Source of the DNA: an uncultured Clostridia bacterium
Lineage (GTDB): Bacteria; Bacillota; Clostridia; TANB77; CAG-508
NCBI GenBank assembly: GCA_944391745.1
Contig: CALXUS010000001.1
Location: 81,425 to 145,424 of the forward strand
Direction of reading: 5' to 3'
Length of the DNA stretch: 64,000 nt
Shown here: positions 1 to 10,146 of the stretch, piece by piece
Layout of the letters: each line of letters opens with the position of its first letter
How positions within the stretch are numbered: position 1 is the stretch's first letter
Notes under the pieces: generated by a model
The model's database searches: none
Told to the model about the DNA's origin: nothing
The model's input: only the letters and a program-made list of their open reading frames with translations
Made by a program: the position numbers and the translations under genes

Positions 1-2389
1 GGCCTTCTGGAATTAACCTATTTCCTGCAGCTTTAGTTTCTACTAGTCTATATTCTTCATTTATTGGTAAGTCCTGTAAATTCATTTCACCCGTTGCTGA
101 TGTTGTATAATTTCCTACTAATTCCCAACAGTCTTGTGGATTGTTTTTATTTATCAATTCGTCTTTTTCATCAGAATTTTTATCTACTAATTTATATAAT
201 CTGAATCTTGTATCTGGTAATACTTCGTCATAATCTTCTTCTGCAACTTTTGTTATTGTTAAACTTGCAGTTTTTACTTTATAGTAATATATTACTTCAG
301 TATTATCTTGTATATATCCCTGGGTATTGTCTGTTTCATCTACTAATTCGTACACATTGTAGTCTATTTTATCTTCTGAAGCTTCATTTGTTGTGTATCT
401 TTCATTTTTTACTAGCCCTTCTATTAATTCGTCTTCAACGACCTCTCCATCATTACCATCTTTTAGTGGAACTCTTTGTTCTGTTCCATATATATAATGG
501 TGTACTGTTACAGTATAAGTCTTTACTTTATAATAATATGTTACTACTTGTGCTTCTCCATCTTCATAAGTTCCTGTACTATTTTCTGGTATATATGAAT
601 CTGTGCCTACTACGTTGTCTGGTAGTGGTTCTCCTTTTGCATTATAGTACTCTTCATTAGTTATTAGTACATATTCTAAGTCTGTTTTTGGTGAAGTTTC
701 ATAATCTTCTCCTATTGTACCTTTTAAATGTTCTGTATCAGCAATAGTTAAATCTGTTAATCCATCATCTTTTGTATATAAATAATGGTTTACATCTACT
801 TTTCCTATTGTATTTTCAAAAGTTACAACAATTTCTTTATTTTCTTTTACATTCAAGAAAGCATCTAATGTATAGCTTTCATCCAGTTCTGGTTCAAACT
901 CTATATCTTCATCATTTATCTTTATACTTTTTATTATATACCCTTCATCTGGAGTTATTACTATCGGATACTTACTATTTTCTCCATGAACAACTTTTTC
1001 ATAAGGTGTTTGACCTGCACCTGATATTGTTCCTCCTATGCCATCAACTCTTGTTGTTATATCATAAGTTTTAATCCTATAGTAGTATGTTACTACAACT
1101 TCTGATTCAATGGCTGTTCCATTTGCATTAACTGGTGTTTCTACTAATTCATATTTTTCATCTAGGTTTTGTGCTGGTGATGTTTCATAATAATCGCCAA
1201 TTTCCATCTTATAGAGCTCATCTGGTGCAATGCTAGTTTCTGTATCTTCTAAATAATGATGAACTGTCACATTGGCATCACGTACTATTTGTGGTAAGTT
1301 ATATTGAATTGCACAGTTTGCACTACCACCACCACGTTCTAAGTAGAATATGCTTAATGTGTGTTCAACTGTAGCATTGTCTCCTAAATCTGTACCTAAT
1401 AAATCGTCTAGACTTTCTGTTTTACCTATTACTCCTCCTGATTTTTTTCCTAAATATGTATTAACTTCTTTAGTAGCGAAATTTATTTCTGCTGAAATAG
1501 GATCATGTATACCGCCTAGGTCAATAACTAGTTTTCCATCAATAAATATCCAAAGATCATCATCTCCTGTAAATTGAAAGATAATATCTTCTTTATTTTC
1601 ACCTTGTGTTTTACCATCACTAGTCATATAGAAATTTATATCTGTTTTTAATCCAAAATGGTATACAGCCTCTTGGTTATTATAATAATTAAATGGAAAG
1701 AATCCTTTCCAGGTTCCACCGTCTCCTCTATAAGTATTTTTATTCTCATTTCTAACTAAATTTGTATTGCTAGCAGCTCTCCCGTTAGGGAAATTTATAT
1801 CTTCAATATCACTATCTATTCTATAGGTTCCATCTCCCAAACTATAAAAAGGAATTCCAACATTTGTGTAAATTTCTTTTCCTTCAGTAGTGGTTGCATC
1901 GAAAATTCCAGCTTCAGGATGAGTGAATACTATATTTCCATCCCCATCAAACTCTGATTCAACTAAGCCAGTGTATGGCTTATTTTGATTTCCAATTTCT
2001 GCTGCATTTTTTGTCCAAATATTATAACCTCTGTTATTAACAGTTGTACCTCCTATTTCTGTTGTAGCAGCACCATTATTAAAGTACATTCCTTGATCAT
2101 TATGCCATCTACCTTCTAGATTATACGTTAATTGATTGAATGCATCAGTATCATATTTAAAAATTGTGGATGATATATATTTTATTTCTCCTGCTGGTAG
2201 TATTTCATCATCTACTGCATCAGTAGCCCTTGCATCTTCAATTGCCTTTTCACTATTACGCAATTGAGCTATTATAGGCAACTCAGATTGATAAAATAGA
2301 TTTACTAATACTAAAATTAATACTATTATAAAGCCTATAGTTGATACTTTAATTGATAATTGTTTTTTGTTCTTCTTATTATTTTCCAT
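1..2389 (-). CDS. Large surface adhesin-like protein (PA14-like domain, MucBP-like HHY repeats, Cna-B-like domain). The C-terminus runs off the window start. Paralog of the next gene.
   Basis: Start ATG is the reverse complement of 2387-2389. Manual translation gives MENNKKNKKQLSIKVSTIGF..., collinear and highly similar to the 2602..5319 protein. Long blocks of DNA identity between the two genes. No in-frame stop found as far as the frame was manually translated towards position 1. Confidence 0.75.
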   Translation of the reverse strand, partial: MENNKKNKKQLSIKVSTIGFIIVLILVLVNLFYQSELPIIAQLRNSEKAIEDARATDAVDDEILPAGEIKYISSTIFKYDTDAFNQLTYNLEGRWHNDQGMYFNNGAATTEIGGTTVNNRGYNIWTKNAAEIGNQNKPYTGLVESEFDGDGNIVFTHPEAGIFDATTTEGKEIYTNVGIPFYSLGDGTYRIDSDIEDINFPNGRAASNTNLVRNENKNTYRGDGGTWKGFFPFNYYNNQEAVYHFGLKTDINFYMTSDGKTQGENKEDIIFQFTGDDDLWIFIDGKLVIDLGGIHDPISAEINFATKEVNTYLGKKSGGVIGKTESLDDLLGTDLGDNATVEHTLSIFYLERGGGSANCAIQYNLPQIVRDANVTVHHYLEDTETSIAPDELYKMEIGDYYETSPAQNLDEKYELVETPVNANGTAIESEVVVTYYYRIKTYDITTRVDGIGGTISGAGQTPYEKVVHGENSKYPIVITPDEGYIIKSIKINDEDIEFEPELDESYTLDAFLNVKENKEIVVTFENTIGKVDVNHYLYTKDDGLTDLTIADTEHLKGTIGEDYETSPKTDLEYVLITNEEYYNAKGEPLPDNVVGTDSYIPENSTGTYEDGEAQVVTYYYKVKTYTVTVHHYIYGTEQRVPLKDGNDGEVVEDELIEGLVKNERYTTNEASEDKIDYNVYELVDETDNTQGYIQDNTEVIYYYKVKTASLTITKVAEEDYDEVLPDTRFRLYKLVDKNSDEKDELINKNNPQDCWELVGNYTTSATGEMNLQDLPINEEYRLVETKAAGNRLIPEG

Positions 2390-2601
2390 AACTTTACCCT
2401 TAGTTTATAATTTTACATGATTTATACTACCATTATTTAGATGTAGAGTCAATATAATGAAAATATGCTAAATACTTGCTTTTTCCACTATTTATCCATT
2501 TATTTGCTTTTTGTTACAATTTTATTATTTTTTCTTTACTTTTTTGTTACATAAAAGAGTAACCCTTATTTTTAATATTATATAAAGGTTACTCTTTTCT
2601 A

Positions 2602-5319
2602 TTATTTTTGTTTTCTATCATGTTTTGTCTTTATTTTTACTAATGGTTTTAATCCTTTTTCTTTTCTATTGCTATCTATTATTACTAATGCCTTTCTTGT
2701 TATTAAGAAGATTCCGCCTGCTATCATTATTCCTAGGCCTATTTCATATATTTCTTTGGTTCCTAGGCTTCCGCTCGATGGAAATACAAACATTTTTTTA
2801 TTTGGTAATAATAATTCTTTTGAATCTGTTTCTGCTAAAGCTGGTGGATTGCCAATCGCTGTTATTCTTATATTAGTACCATTTATTCTTACAATTGTGT
2901 TATCTTCTGTATCATAATTTCCATATATAAATTCCATTTTCCACTGCCCGTCAGGTATTAATCTATTTCCTGTAGCTTTAGTTTCTACTAATCTATATTC
3001 TTCATTTATTGGTAAGTCTGGTAAAGTTATTTTTCCTGTTTCTGATGTTACATATTCATCTACTAATGTCCAACAATCTTGTGGATTAATTTTATTTATT
3101 AATTCGTCTTTTTCTGATGAGTCTTTATTAGTTAATCTATATAATTTAAATTTTGTATTTGGTAATACTGTTTGATAGTTTTCTTCGGCCACTTTAGTTA
3201 TTGTTATACTTGCAGTTTTTACTTTATAATAATATGTTACTTCTGTATTATCTTGTATATATCCATTAGCATTATTAGGTTCTTCTACTAATTCATATAT
3301 ATCATAATCTATTTTATCTTCTGAAGCTTTACTTGTTGTGTATTCTTCATTTTTTATCAAACCTTCTGTTATTTCGTCTTCTACTACTTTTCCTTCAGTA
3401 CCACCTTTTAATGGAACTTTTACTTCAGTACCCTCCAAATAATGATGTACTGTTAATGTATAGGTCTTTACTTTATAATAGTAATTTACTATTTGTGTTT
3501 CTCCATCTTCATAAGTTCCTATACTATTTTCTGGTATATATGAATCTGTTCCTATTACTCCTTCAGGTAGTTCTTCACTAATTGCATCATAGTATTCTTC
3601 ATTTGTTATTAATACATATTCCAAATCTGTTTTTGGTGAAGTTTCGTAGTTCTCTCCTATTTTTCCTTTTAAATGATCTGTATCTGTTATTGTTGTAGTA
3701 GTTAAGCCATCTTCTTTTGTATAAAGATAATGGTTTACATCTACTTTTCCTATTGTATTTTCAAAAGATACTACGACTTCTTTATTTTCTTTTACATCTT
3801 GAAATTTGTCTAATGTGTAACTACCATCATAATCTGGTTCAAATTCTATTTCTTCACCATTTATAGTTATTGTTTTTATTATATACCCTTCATCTGGTGT
3901 TATTATTATCGGCTTTGTACTATCTTCTCCATATTCTACAATTTCATACGGAGTATCTCCTGCTCCACTAATATTGCCCCCTGTTCCATCAATCTTTGTT
4001 GTTATATTATAAGATTTTATCATGTAATAATAAATTACTTCTACTTCTGTCGATGTTACTATTCCGCTAGCATTTGAAGGAGTTTTGATTAATTCATATT
4101 TTTCGTCTAAATTTTCAGCAGGTTTTGTTTCATAAGAATCCCCTACTTTATATTCGTAACTTTCATCTGGTGCTACTAACTCTTCTGTATTTTCAATATA
4201 ATGATGTACTGTAAGCTGTGCAGGTTCAAATGTTTTTGGTAAGTTAAATTCGATTGTACAGTTTGAACCACCTTGACCACGCTCTAAATAGAATATACTT
4301 AATGTATGTTCTTTTGTTTCATCAGAATATAAATCGTCTCCTATTAAATCGTCTAAATTGGCTATAGTCGTTTCGCTAGATGATCCTCCCCACCATGAGT
4401 TAGTATATCCAATTACTTTTCTAGTAGCGAAATTTATTTCTTGTTCTAATTTATCATGTATTCCACCTAAATCTATTACTAATTTTCCATCGATAAATAC
4501 CCATAAATCATCATCACCTGAAAACCTAAAGATTATATCTTCTGGATTTTCTGTTTTTGTCTTTCCATTAGATGACATATAAAAATTAATCTCTGTTTTT
4601 ACTCCAAAGTGATATATTGCATCTTCACCATTTTTTGAATTAAATGGAAAAAATCCATTTACATTCCTACTTCCCCAAACAGTAGCTTCAGTTGCATTAT
4701 TATATGTATTTTTATTTTCATTTTTTTCTAATTTTACACCACTTTGAGGGATTCCATTTGTAAAGTTTATATCTTCATTATCACTATCCATTATATATGT
4801 ACCATTACCTTGGCTTGTAAATGGCAATAATACATTTTGATAAACTGTTTTCCCTCTATTTGTAGTTTCATCAAATATTCCAATTTCAGGATAATTAAAT
4901 TGTATATTTCCTGATGAATCTAGTTCATTCTTTACCATTCCTGTTGTTTGTGAGCTAGAATAATGATTATATGCCTCACAACTAATTCTACTATTTCCAT
5001 CTATTTCTATTGTATTATTTCCATTTCTATTATTAAAGTATATACCTTGTGTAGAACCTTCTTCTGCTCTTGTTAAACTATTAAATTCATCAGTATTATA
5101 TTTAAACATAGTTACTGGTAAGTATAGTATTTCTCCAGCAGGGTATACTGGTGGTGTATCTGCTAAAGCATCAGTTGTAATATCACTGTTTCTAAATTGT
5201 GAAACAATTGGTAACTCTGATTTGTACACTAAATTTATAATCACTATAACAACTATTATAAAAAAAGCTATTGTAGAAATTTTTAAAGATATTTGTTTTT
5301 TCTTTTTATTATTTCCCAT
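2602..5319 (-). CDS. Cell-surface adhesin-like protein, 905 aa. N-terminal signal/anchor, PA14-like domain (FRFSGDDDLWVFIDGKLVIDLGGIH ... FYLERGQGGS), about 4 MucBP-like repeats (TVHHY...), a Cna-B/prealbumin-like domain, and a C-terminal hydrophobic segment with a basic tail (cell-wall or membrane anchor).
   Basis: ORF-track translation. PA14 and MucBP motifs recognised by eye. C-terminus ...GLGIMIAGGIFLITRKALVI...KTKHDRKQK. Confidence 0.7.
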   Translation of the reverse strand: MGNNKKKKQISLKISTIAFFIIVVIVIINLVYKSELPIVSQFRNSDITTDALADTPPVYPAGEILYLPVTMFKYNTDEFNSLTRAEEGSTQGIYFNNRNGNNTIEIDGNSRISCEAYNHYSSSQTTGMVKNELDSSGNIQFNYPEIGIFDETTNRGKTVYQNVLLPFTSQGNGTYIMDSDNEDINFTNGIPQSGVKLEKNENKNTYNNATEATVWGSRNVNGFFPFNSKNGEDAIYHFGVKTEINFYMSSNGKTKTENPEDIIFRFSGDDDLWVFIDGKLVIDLGGIHDKLEQEINFATRKVIGYTNSWWGGSSSETTIANLDDLIGDDLYSDETKEHTLSIFYLERGQGGSNCTIEFNLPKTFEPAQLTVHHYIENTEELVAPDESYEYKVGDSYETKPAENLDEKYELIKTPSNASGIVTSTEVEVIYYYMIKSYNITTKIDGTGGNISGAGDTPYEIVEYGEDSTKPIIITPDEGYIIKTITINGEEIEFEPDYDGSYTLDKFQDVKENKEVVVSFENTIGKVDVNHYLYTKEDGLTTTTITDTDHLKGKIGENYETSPKTDLEYVLITNEEYYDAISEELPEGVIGTDSYIPENSIGTYEDGETQIVNYYYKVKTYTLTVHHYLEGTEVKVPLKGGTEGKVVEDEITEGLIKNEEYTTSKASEDKIDYDIYELVEEPNNANGYIQDNTEVTYYYKVKTASITITKVAEENYQTVLPNTKFKLYRLTNKDSSEKDELINKINPQDCWTLVDEYVTSETGKITLPDLPINEEYRLVETKATGNRLIPDGQWKMEFIYGNYDTEDNTIVRINGTNIRITAIGNPPALAETDSKELLLPNKKMFVFPSSGSLGTKEIYEIGLGIMIAGGIFLITRKALVIIDSNRKEKGLKPLVKIKTKHDRKQK

Positions 5320-5465
5320 ATATTTTCCTTATTTTATAAATTTGTATATTAAATACTATCATTCTTTTGAAATAGCGTCAATACGAATTATTTTTTAAGA
5401 GTATATCCTTATTGTTTTTTTGCTATATTATAGCATTTTTATAGTTTATTACATTTTGATTACAA

Positions 5466-5497
5466 ATAAAAAAAGACCCTTCAAAAGAAGGGTCCCC
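5466..5497 (-). terminator. Rho-independent terminator (GACCCTTC-AAAA-GAAGGGTC followed by a T-run on the minus strand)
   Basis: Perfect 8-bp GC-rich inverted repeat at 5475-5494. A-run at 5467-5474 on the plus strand, which is a U-run on the minus-strand RNA. Confidence 0.65.
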
Positions 5498-5659
5498 AAA
5501 TTTTCATCTAGTCTGCATATAGCAAACAAATCTCCCCAATGAAAATTTGTAATGCTCAGTAATTCCCGTTTTGCCCGAAAAATTGGAGTGAGGAATGGCA
5601 AATGGTTGTGATTCTTTCAAAACGAGAAAAACCTTTTATCATTATAAAATGATAGCACT
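5466..5659 (-). ncRNA. Candidate small RNA (about 190 nt) running from a consensus sigma-A promoter to the intrinsic terminator. The class is not identified.
   Basis: TTGACA-17 nt-TATAAT on the minus strand (-35 = 5689-5694, -10 = 5666-5671). No ORF. Locally higher G+C. Ends at the terminator at 5466-5497. Confidence 0.35.
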
Positions 5660-5665
5660 TCAATT

Positions 5666-5694
5666 ATTATAGCATCTTTTTAAACTTATGTCAA
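5666..5694 (-). promoter_or_regulatory. Perfect-consensus sigma-A promoter (TTGACA, 17 nt, TATAAT) directly after the recN stop codon
   Basis: Read directly on the minus strand: ttgacataagtttaaaaagatgctataat. Confidence 0.55.
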
Positions 5695-5696
5695 CC

Positions 5697-7316
5697 CTAT
5701 GCTGACTTTCTTAATTCCATGGCATGCTTTCTAGCTGTTTCAGTAATTTCTCCATTAGATATTCTTGCTACTTCATTAATAACCTCATCTTCAGTTAATT
5801 TTTTTACCTGAGTAAAAGTTCTACCATTCTTTGATAATTTACTAATGTAAAAGTTTTCATCACCTTTAGCTGCAATACTTGGTTGATGTGTAATACAAAG
5901 TACTTGATGATTTTTTCCAATTAACTTTAATTTTTCTCCTACTGATTTAGCAGCCTTTCCACTAATACCTGTGTCTATTTCATCAAATATAAGAACAGGT
6001 GTACTATCTGTATTAGCTAAAACGGTTTTTATTGCTAACATTATTCTTGACATTTCTCCACCAGATGCTATTTTAGCTAATTCTTTTTCATTTTCACCTA
6101 TATTAGTAGATATATAATATTCAACATCATCAGTTCCATTTTTATTGAATTCTACTGTGTTAATATGTGTTATAAATGTGCTATTAGGCATTTCTAAATC
6201 GGCTAATTCTTTATTTATTTTGCTATCTAATATCTTTGCATTAGTCATTCTGATTTCATGCATTTTATTAGATAATTCTAGCATTTTTTGCTCTATATCA
6301 TTAAGCTCTTTTTTTAATTCATTATTATATTCATCTAAATTATTTATTCTATTAATCTCTTTTTCTGTTTTTTCTTTATAATCTAATATTTCTTCTATGC
6401 TATTTCCATATTTTCTTTTTAAAGAATATATTAAATCTAGTCTTTCTTCTACTTCGTTTCTTTCGTTTTCGTCAAAATACATATCTGAATTTAAAGATGA
6501 TATATCTCGTGAAAGCTCTTGCACTTCATAATAAATACTTTTTAAATTATTTAAAGTGTTATCATACTTTTTATCTAAATCGCTGATTTTTTCTACTGCT
6601 CTTATTGCCTCATTAATTTTATCTATTGCACCTTCTCCTAGTGCTAAATCTGCTTGATTTAAGCTTTTTCCTATTTTTTCTGAATTCATAAAGAACTTTC
6701 TTTTTTCTTCTAATTCTTCTTCTTCACCAAGTTTTAAGTCTGCATTTTCTATTTCGTCAAATTCATATTGTAGTAAACTTAGTTGCCTTTGCTTTTCTTT
6801 GTCATCTCCTAAATTAGCTTTTAACTCTTTTTTTATTTCTTGTCTTTTATTATATAAATTTCTATATTCATTTTTTGCAACTATAATTTCGTTACCTATA
6901 AAATTATCTAGGTACTTAATATGATATTTGGGGTTAAGTATTTTTTGATTATCGTTTTGACCATGAATATCTATTATATTATTCATAAATTCTTTTAATT
7001 CTGTCAAAGTAACTAGTCTACCATTAATTTTGCATGAATTTCTTCCATTTAAATGAATTTCTCTACTTACTATTATATTATTTTCTATAGCTAAATCATT
7101 ATTTGGAAGATATAAATTAAGTTCTACAAAAGAGTAATCTTCACCTTTTCTTATCATTTCCTTTGAGAATCTACCTCCACATATTATGCTTATAGAATCG
7201 ATTATAAGTGTTTTACCTGCACCAGTTTCACCTGTAAGTACATTAAATCCTTCACCTAGTTCGATGCTTAAATCATCTATTATTCCTATATTTTTTATAT
7301 GTAGAGTTGTTATCAT
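5697..7316 (-). CDS. recN: DNA repair protein RecN
   Basis: 539 aa. N-terminal Walker A (GETGAGKT), SMC-like coiled-coil middle, C-terminal signature and Walker B. Confidence 0.9.
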   Translation of the reverse strand: MITTLHIKNIGIIDDLSIELGEGFNVLTGETGAGKTLIIDSISIICGGRFSKEMIRKGEDYSFVELNLYLPNNDLAIENNIIVSREIHLNGRNSCKINGRLVTLTELKEFMNNIIDIHGQNDNQKILNPKYHIKYLDNFIGNEIIVAKNEYRNLYNKRQEIKKELKANLGDDKEKQRQLSLLQYEFDEIENADLKLGEEEELEEKRKFFMNSEKIGKSLNQADLALGEGAIDKINEAIRAVEKISDLDKKYDNTLNNLKSIYYEVQELSRDISSLNSDMYFDENERNEVEERLDLIYSLKRKYGNSIEEILDYKEKTEKEINRINNLDEYNNELKKELNDIEQKMLELSNKMHEIRMTNAKILDSKINKELADLEMPNSTFITHINTVEFNKNGTDDVEYYISTNIGENEKELAKIASGGEMSRIMLAIKTVLANTDSTPVLIFDEIDTGISGKAAKSVGEKLKLIGKNHQVLCITHQPSIAAKGDENFYISKLSKNGRTFTQVKKLTEDEVINEVARISNGEITETARKHAMELRKSA

Positions 7317-7404
7317 AAATGTTTCCTCCTTTAATTTATACAGAACTTATGTTCGTTTATATTATACATACACTTGTTTGGTTTGTCAATACATTTTTTT
7401 ATAT

Positions 7405-7440
7405 TTATAAAAAAAATAAGTATGCTTATTTGCATACCTA
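7405..7440 (-). terminator. Intrinsic terminator downstream of rplQ (end of the alpha operon)
   Basis: Hairpin aggtatgc/gcatactt, followed on the minus strand by a long T-run (A-run at 7405-7416 on the plus strand). Confidence 0.45.
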
Positions 7441-7484
7441 TTTTTATATTATATTACGAAAAGACCTGTTCTTAACGTAAAATA

Positions 7485-8006
7485 TTAGACTAATTTTAAG
7501 ATAACTGTTTCTGCAGCATCTCCTCTACGTTGACCTAATTTAATTATTTGAGTATATCCACCAACTCTATCTGCATATCTTGGTGCAATAACATTAAATA
7601 ATTTATCTGTTAAGTCTATTGGAGTACCTTCATTATCTTTTACTTTATTTAATTTTGTCATCATTTTTCTTCTAGCATTTAATCTAGATGGTCTGTCTTT
7701 TTGTCTTTTTTCCATTTTCTCTTCTTTAACAACTTTTAGGAATTCTTTTCCATTTTTGCTTTTTACTAATTCAGTTTCTTTATTTCCTTTGCTGTCACGT
7801 TTTGCTTTAACAACTTTTACTTCAACTTCATCAAAGTTATCTTTTTCTTTAACAGCTAGTGAAATTAAGCTATCTACAATTGCTTTTACTTCTTTAGCTC
7901 TAGCTTCAGTTGTTTGTATTTGTTCATGCCAAATTAGGTCTGTTGACAAGTTTTTTAGCATTGCTAGTCTTATGTCAGTAGTTTTTCCTAATTTTCTATT
8001 TGCCAT
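7485..8006 (-). CDS. rplQ: 50S ribosomal protein L17, with a roughly 50-aa Lys/Glu-rich internal expansion
   Basis: Conserved N-terminus (RKLGKTTDIRLAMLKNL) and C-terminus (RYADRVGGYTQIIKLGQRRGDAAETVILKLV). 173 aa versus about 120 typical. Confidence 0.9.
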   Translation of the reverse strand: MANRKLGKTTDIRLAMLKNLSTDLIWHEQIQTTEARAKEVKAIVDSLISLAVKEKDNFDEVEVKVVKAKRDSKGNKETELVKSKNGKEFLKVVKEEKMEKRQKDRPSRLNARRKMMTKLNKVKDNEGTPIDLTDKLFNVIAPRYADRVGGYTQIIKLGQRRGDAAETVILKLV

Positions 8007-8029
8007 TTTACCTTTCCTCCTATTCTTGC

Positions 8030-8977
8030 TTATTCTTCTTCTTTGGCTAAATCTAAGCCTAACTCATGTAATTTTGCAATTACTTCTTCTAATGATTTCT
8101 TACCTAAGTTTTTAACTTTCATCATATCTGTTTCTGTTTTATTAGCTAAATCTTCAACTGTTGATATTCCTGATCTCTTTAGGCAGTTGAATGATCTTAC
8201 AGATAATTCTAGTTCTTCTATAGGCATTTCTAAGATTTTTTCTTTCTTATTTTCTTCTTTTTCAATCATTATTTGAGTATTTTTTGCTGTTTCTGATAAA
8301 TCTACAAATAGTTTTAAATGTTCTGTTAAAACTTTAGCAGCTAAGCTTAATGCTTCATAAGGCTCTAAGCTTCCATCAGTCCATAGTTCTATTGTTAGTT
8401 TATCATAATCAACCATTTGTCCAACTCTAGTATTTTCTACTGAGTAGTTTACTTTTTTTACTGGTGAGTAAATAGAATCTATTGCTATTACTCCTATTGG
8501 TTGATTTGGTACTTTATTTTTTTCAGCTGTATTATATCCTCTTCCCCTATCTGCAACCATTTCCATGTTAAGCTTTCCACCTTTAGAAACTGTTGCAATA
8601 TGTAAGTCTGGATTTAATACTTCTACTGTACCATCAGTAATAATGTCTCCTGCTTTTACTTCACCTTCACCTTCGAAATTAATTCTAAGTGTTTTTTCTT
8701 CGTTTTTGTCCATTTTGATTCTAACCATTTTTAGGTTAAGTATTATTTCAGGTACATCTTCAACAACATTTGGTATTGTAGTAAATTCATGTTGAGCTCC
8801 ATCTATTTTTACGCTCTTAATTGCACATCCTGGTAATGATGAAAGTAGTATTCTTCTTAAAGAATTTCCGATAGTGATACCATAACCACGTTCTAGTGGC
8901 TCACATACAAATTTTGCATATTTTTTTTCATCATCTATCTCCAAACATTTAATATTTGGCTTTTCGAATTCTATCAT
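8030..8977 (-). CDS. rpoA: DNA-directed RNA polymerase alpha subunit
   Basis: 315 aa. Classic RpoA N-terminal and C-terminal domain motifs. Position after rpsD. Confidence 0.95.
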   Translation of the reverse strand: MIEFEKPNIKCLEIDDEKKYAKFVCEPLERGYGITIGNSLRRILLSSLPGCAIKSVKIDGAQHEFTTIPNVVEDVPEIILNLKMVRIKMDKNEEKTLRINFEGEGEVKAGDIITDGTVEVLNPDLHIATVSKGGKLNMEMVADRGRGYNTAEKNKVPNQPIGVIAIDSIYSPVKKVNYSVENTRVGQMVDYDKLTIELWTDGSLEPYEALSLAAKVLTEHLKLFVDLSETAKNTQIMIEKEENKKEKILEMPIEELELSVRSFNCLKRSGISTVEDLANKTETDMMKVKNLGKKSLEEVIAKLHELGLDLAKEEE

Positions 8978-9067
8978 TTTTACCTCCTAATAAATTTGAG
9001 ATTTATTCTCATTATATAAATCCTAGTAATTATGAGATTCATTCTCATTATACTATTTAAAACTTTA

Positions 9068-9694
9068 TTATTTAGAGTAAAGCTCTACTATTAAATGCTC
9101 TTCAACTGGTAGATCTACATCTTCTCTATCAGCTAATCTGACTACTTTACCGCTTAATTTTTCGCTATCTTTTTCTAACCATGTTGGAACTGGTCTTGAG
9201 CTATTTGACTCAACTGCTTGTTTTATTGTTCCATTATCTTTTTTAATTTCTCTTACTGATATTACATCTCCAGCTTTTACAATGTATGATGGAATATTAA
9301 CTTTCTTTCCATTTACATCAAAAGCTCCATGTGTTACAAGCATTCTTGCTTGTGTTCTAGAACTAGCAAATCCTAATCTATATACAACATTATCTAATCT
9401 GCTTTCTAGTAATTGTAGTAAAATTTCACCTGTTTTACCTTTTGTATTAGATGCCATTTCAAAGTATTTTCTGAATTGTTTTTCTCCAACACCATAGAAT
9501 GACTTTGTTTTTTGTTTTTCTCTTAATTGTGTACCGTATTCAGATAATTTTGATTTCTTTTGACCATTTTGTCCTGGAGCATAGTTTCTTCTATTTATGC
9601 TGCATTTGTCTGAATAACATCTTTCGCCTTTAAGGAATAATTTTTGTCCTTCTCTACGGCATATACGGCACTGTTCGTCCTTATATCTTGACAT
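9068..9694 (-). CDS. rpsD: 30S ribosomal protein S4 (zinc-ribbon type)
   Basis: 208 aa. N-terminal C-x2-C...C-x4-C. S4 domain. Confidence 0.93.
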   Translation of the reverse strand: MSRYKDEQCRICRREGQKLFLKGERCYSDKCSINRRNYAPGQNGQKKSKLSEYGTQLREKQKTKSFYGVGEKQFRKYFEMASNTKGKTGEILLQLLESRLDNVVYRLGFASSRTQARMLVTHGAFDVNGKKVNIPSYIVKAGDVISVREIKKDNGTIKQAVESNSSRPVPTWLEKDSEKLSGKVVRLADREDVDLPVEEHLIVELYSK

Positions 9695-9716
9695 TTTATT
9701 TCCTCCTTATTTAGAA

Positions 9717-10115
9717 TTAAACTCTTCTTCTTTTTGGTGGTCTACAACCATTATGTGGGATTGGTGTTACATCTTTGATTGATGTAATTTCTAATCCTGC
9801 TGTTTGTAAAGCTCTTATTGCAGATTCACGTCCTGCTCCAGGGCCTTTTACATATACTTCTACTGTTTTTAGTCCATGTTCCATTGCAGTTTTTGCTGCT
9901 GTTTCAGCAACTTCACCTGCTGCAAAAGGTGTACTTTTTCTTGAACCTTTGAATCCTAAACCTCCGGCACTTGCCCAAGATATAACATTACCTTGAACAT
10001 CTGAAATTGTAACTATTGTATTATTAAAACTAGAATGGATATGTGCTTTTCCACTTTCAATGTTTTTGCTAACTCTTCTTCTAGTTGTAACTTTTTTTGC
10101 TGACTTTGTAGCCAT
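9717..10115 (-). CDS. rpsK: 30S ribosomal protein S11
   Basis: 132 aa, canonical S11 sequence. Confidence 0.95.
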   Translation of the reverse strand: MATKSAKKVTTRRRVSKNIESGKAHIHSSFNNTIVTISDVQGNVISWASAGGLGFKGSRKSTPFAAGEVAETAAKTAMEHGLKTVEVYVKGPGAGRESAIRALQTAGLEITSIKDVTPIPHNGCRPPKRRRV

Positions 10116-10146
10116 TATTTTTCTCCTTTCAATAATTATTCACTTT

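Noticed and set aside
208-1577. Plus-strand ORFs 208..660, 772..1074, 1350..1577 (and the analogous 3333..3581, 4358..4582, 2625..2917)
   Set aside because: They are antisense to the two adhesin genes. Their Leu/Ile/Tyr/His-rich low-complexity translations are typical of AT-rich antisense frames. The same spurious ORF recurs in both paralogs because the DNA is duplicated.
5466-5696. Considered calling the promoter-to-terminator unit 6S RNA, or a c-di-GMP (GEMM-I/II) riboswitch in front of the adhesin
   Set aside because: By eye it lacks the long imperfect hairpin with central bubble of 6S RNA. It also lacks the conserved GEMM-I (GGGCAAACC...GGGACGCAAAGCC) and class-II signature blocks. It is left unclassified pending a covariance-model search.
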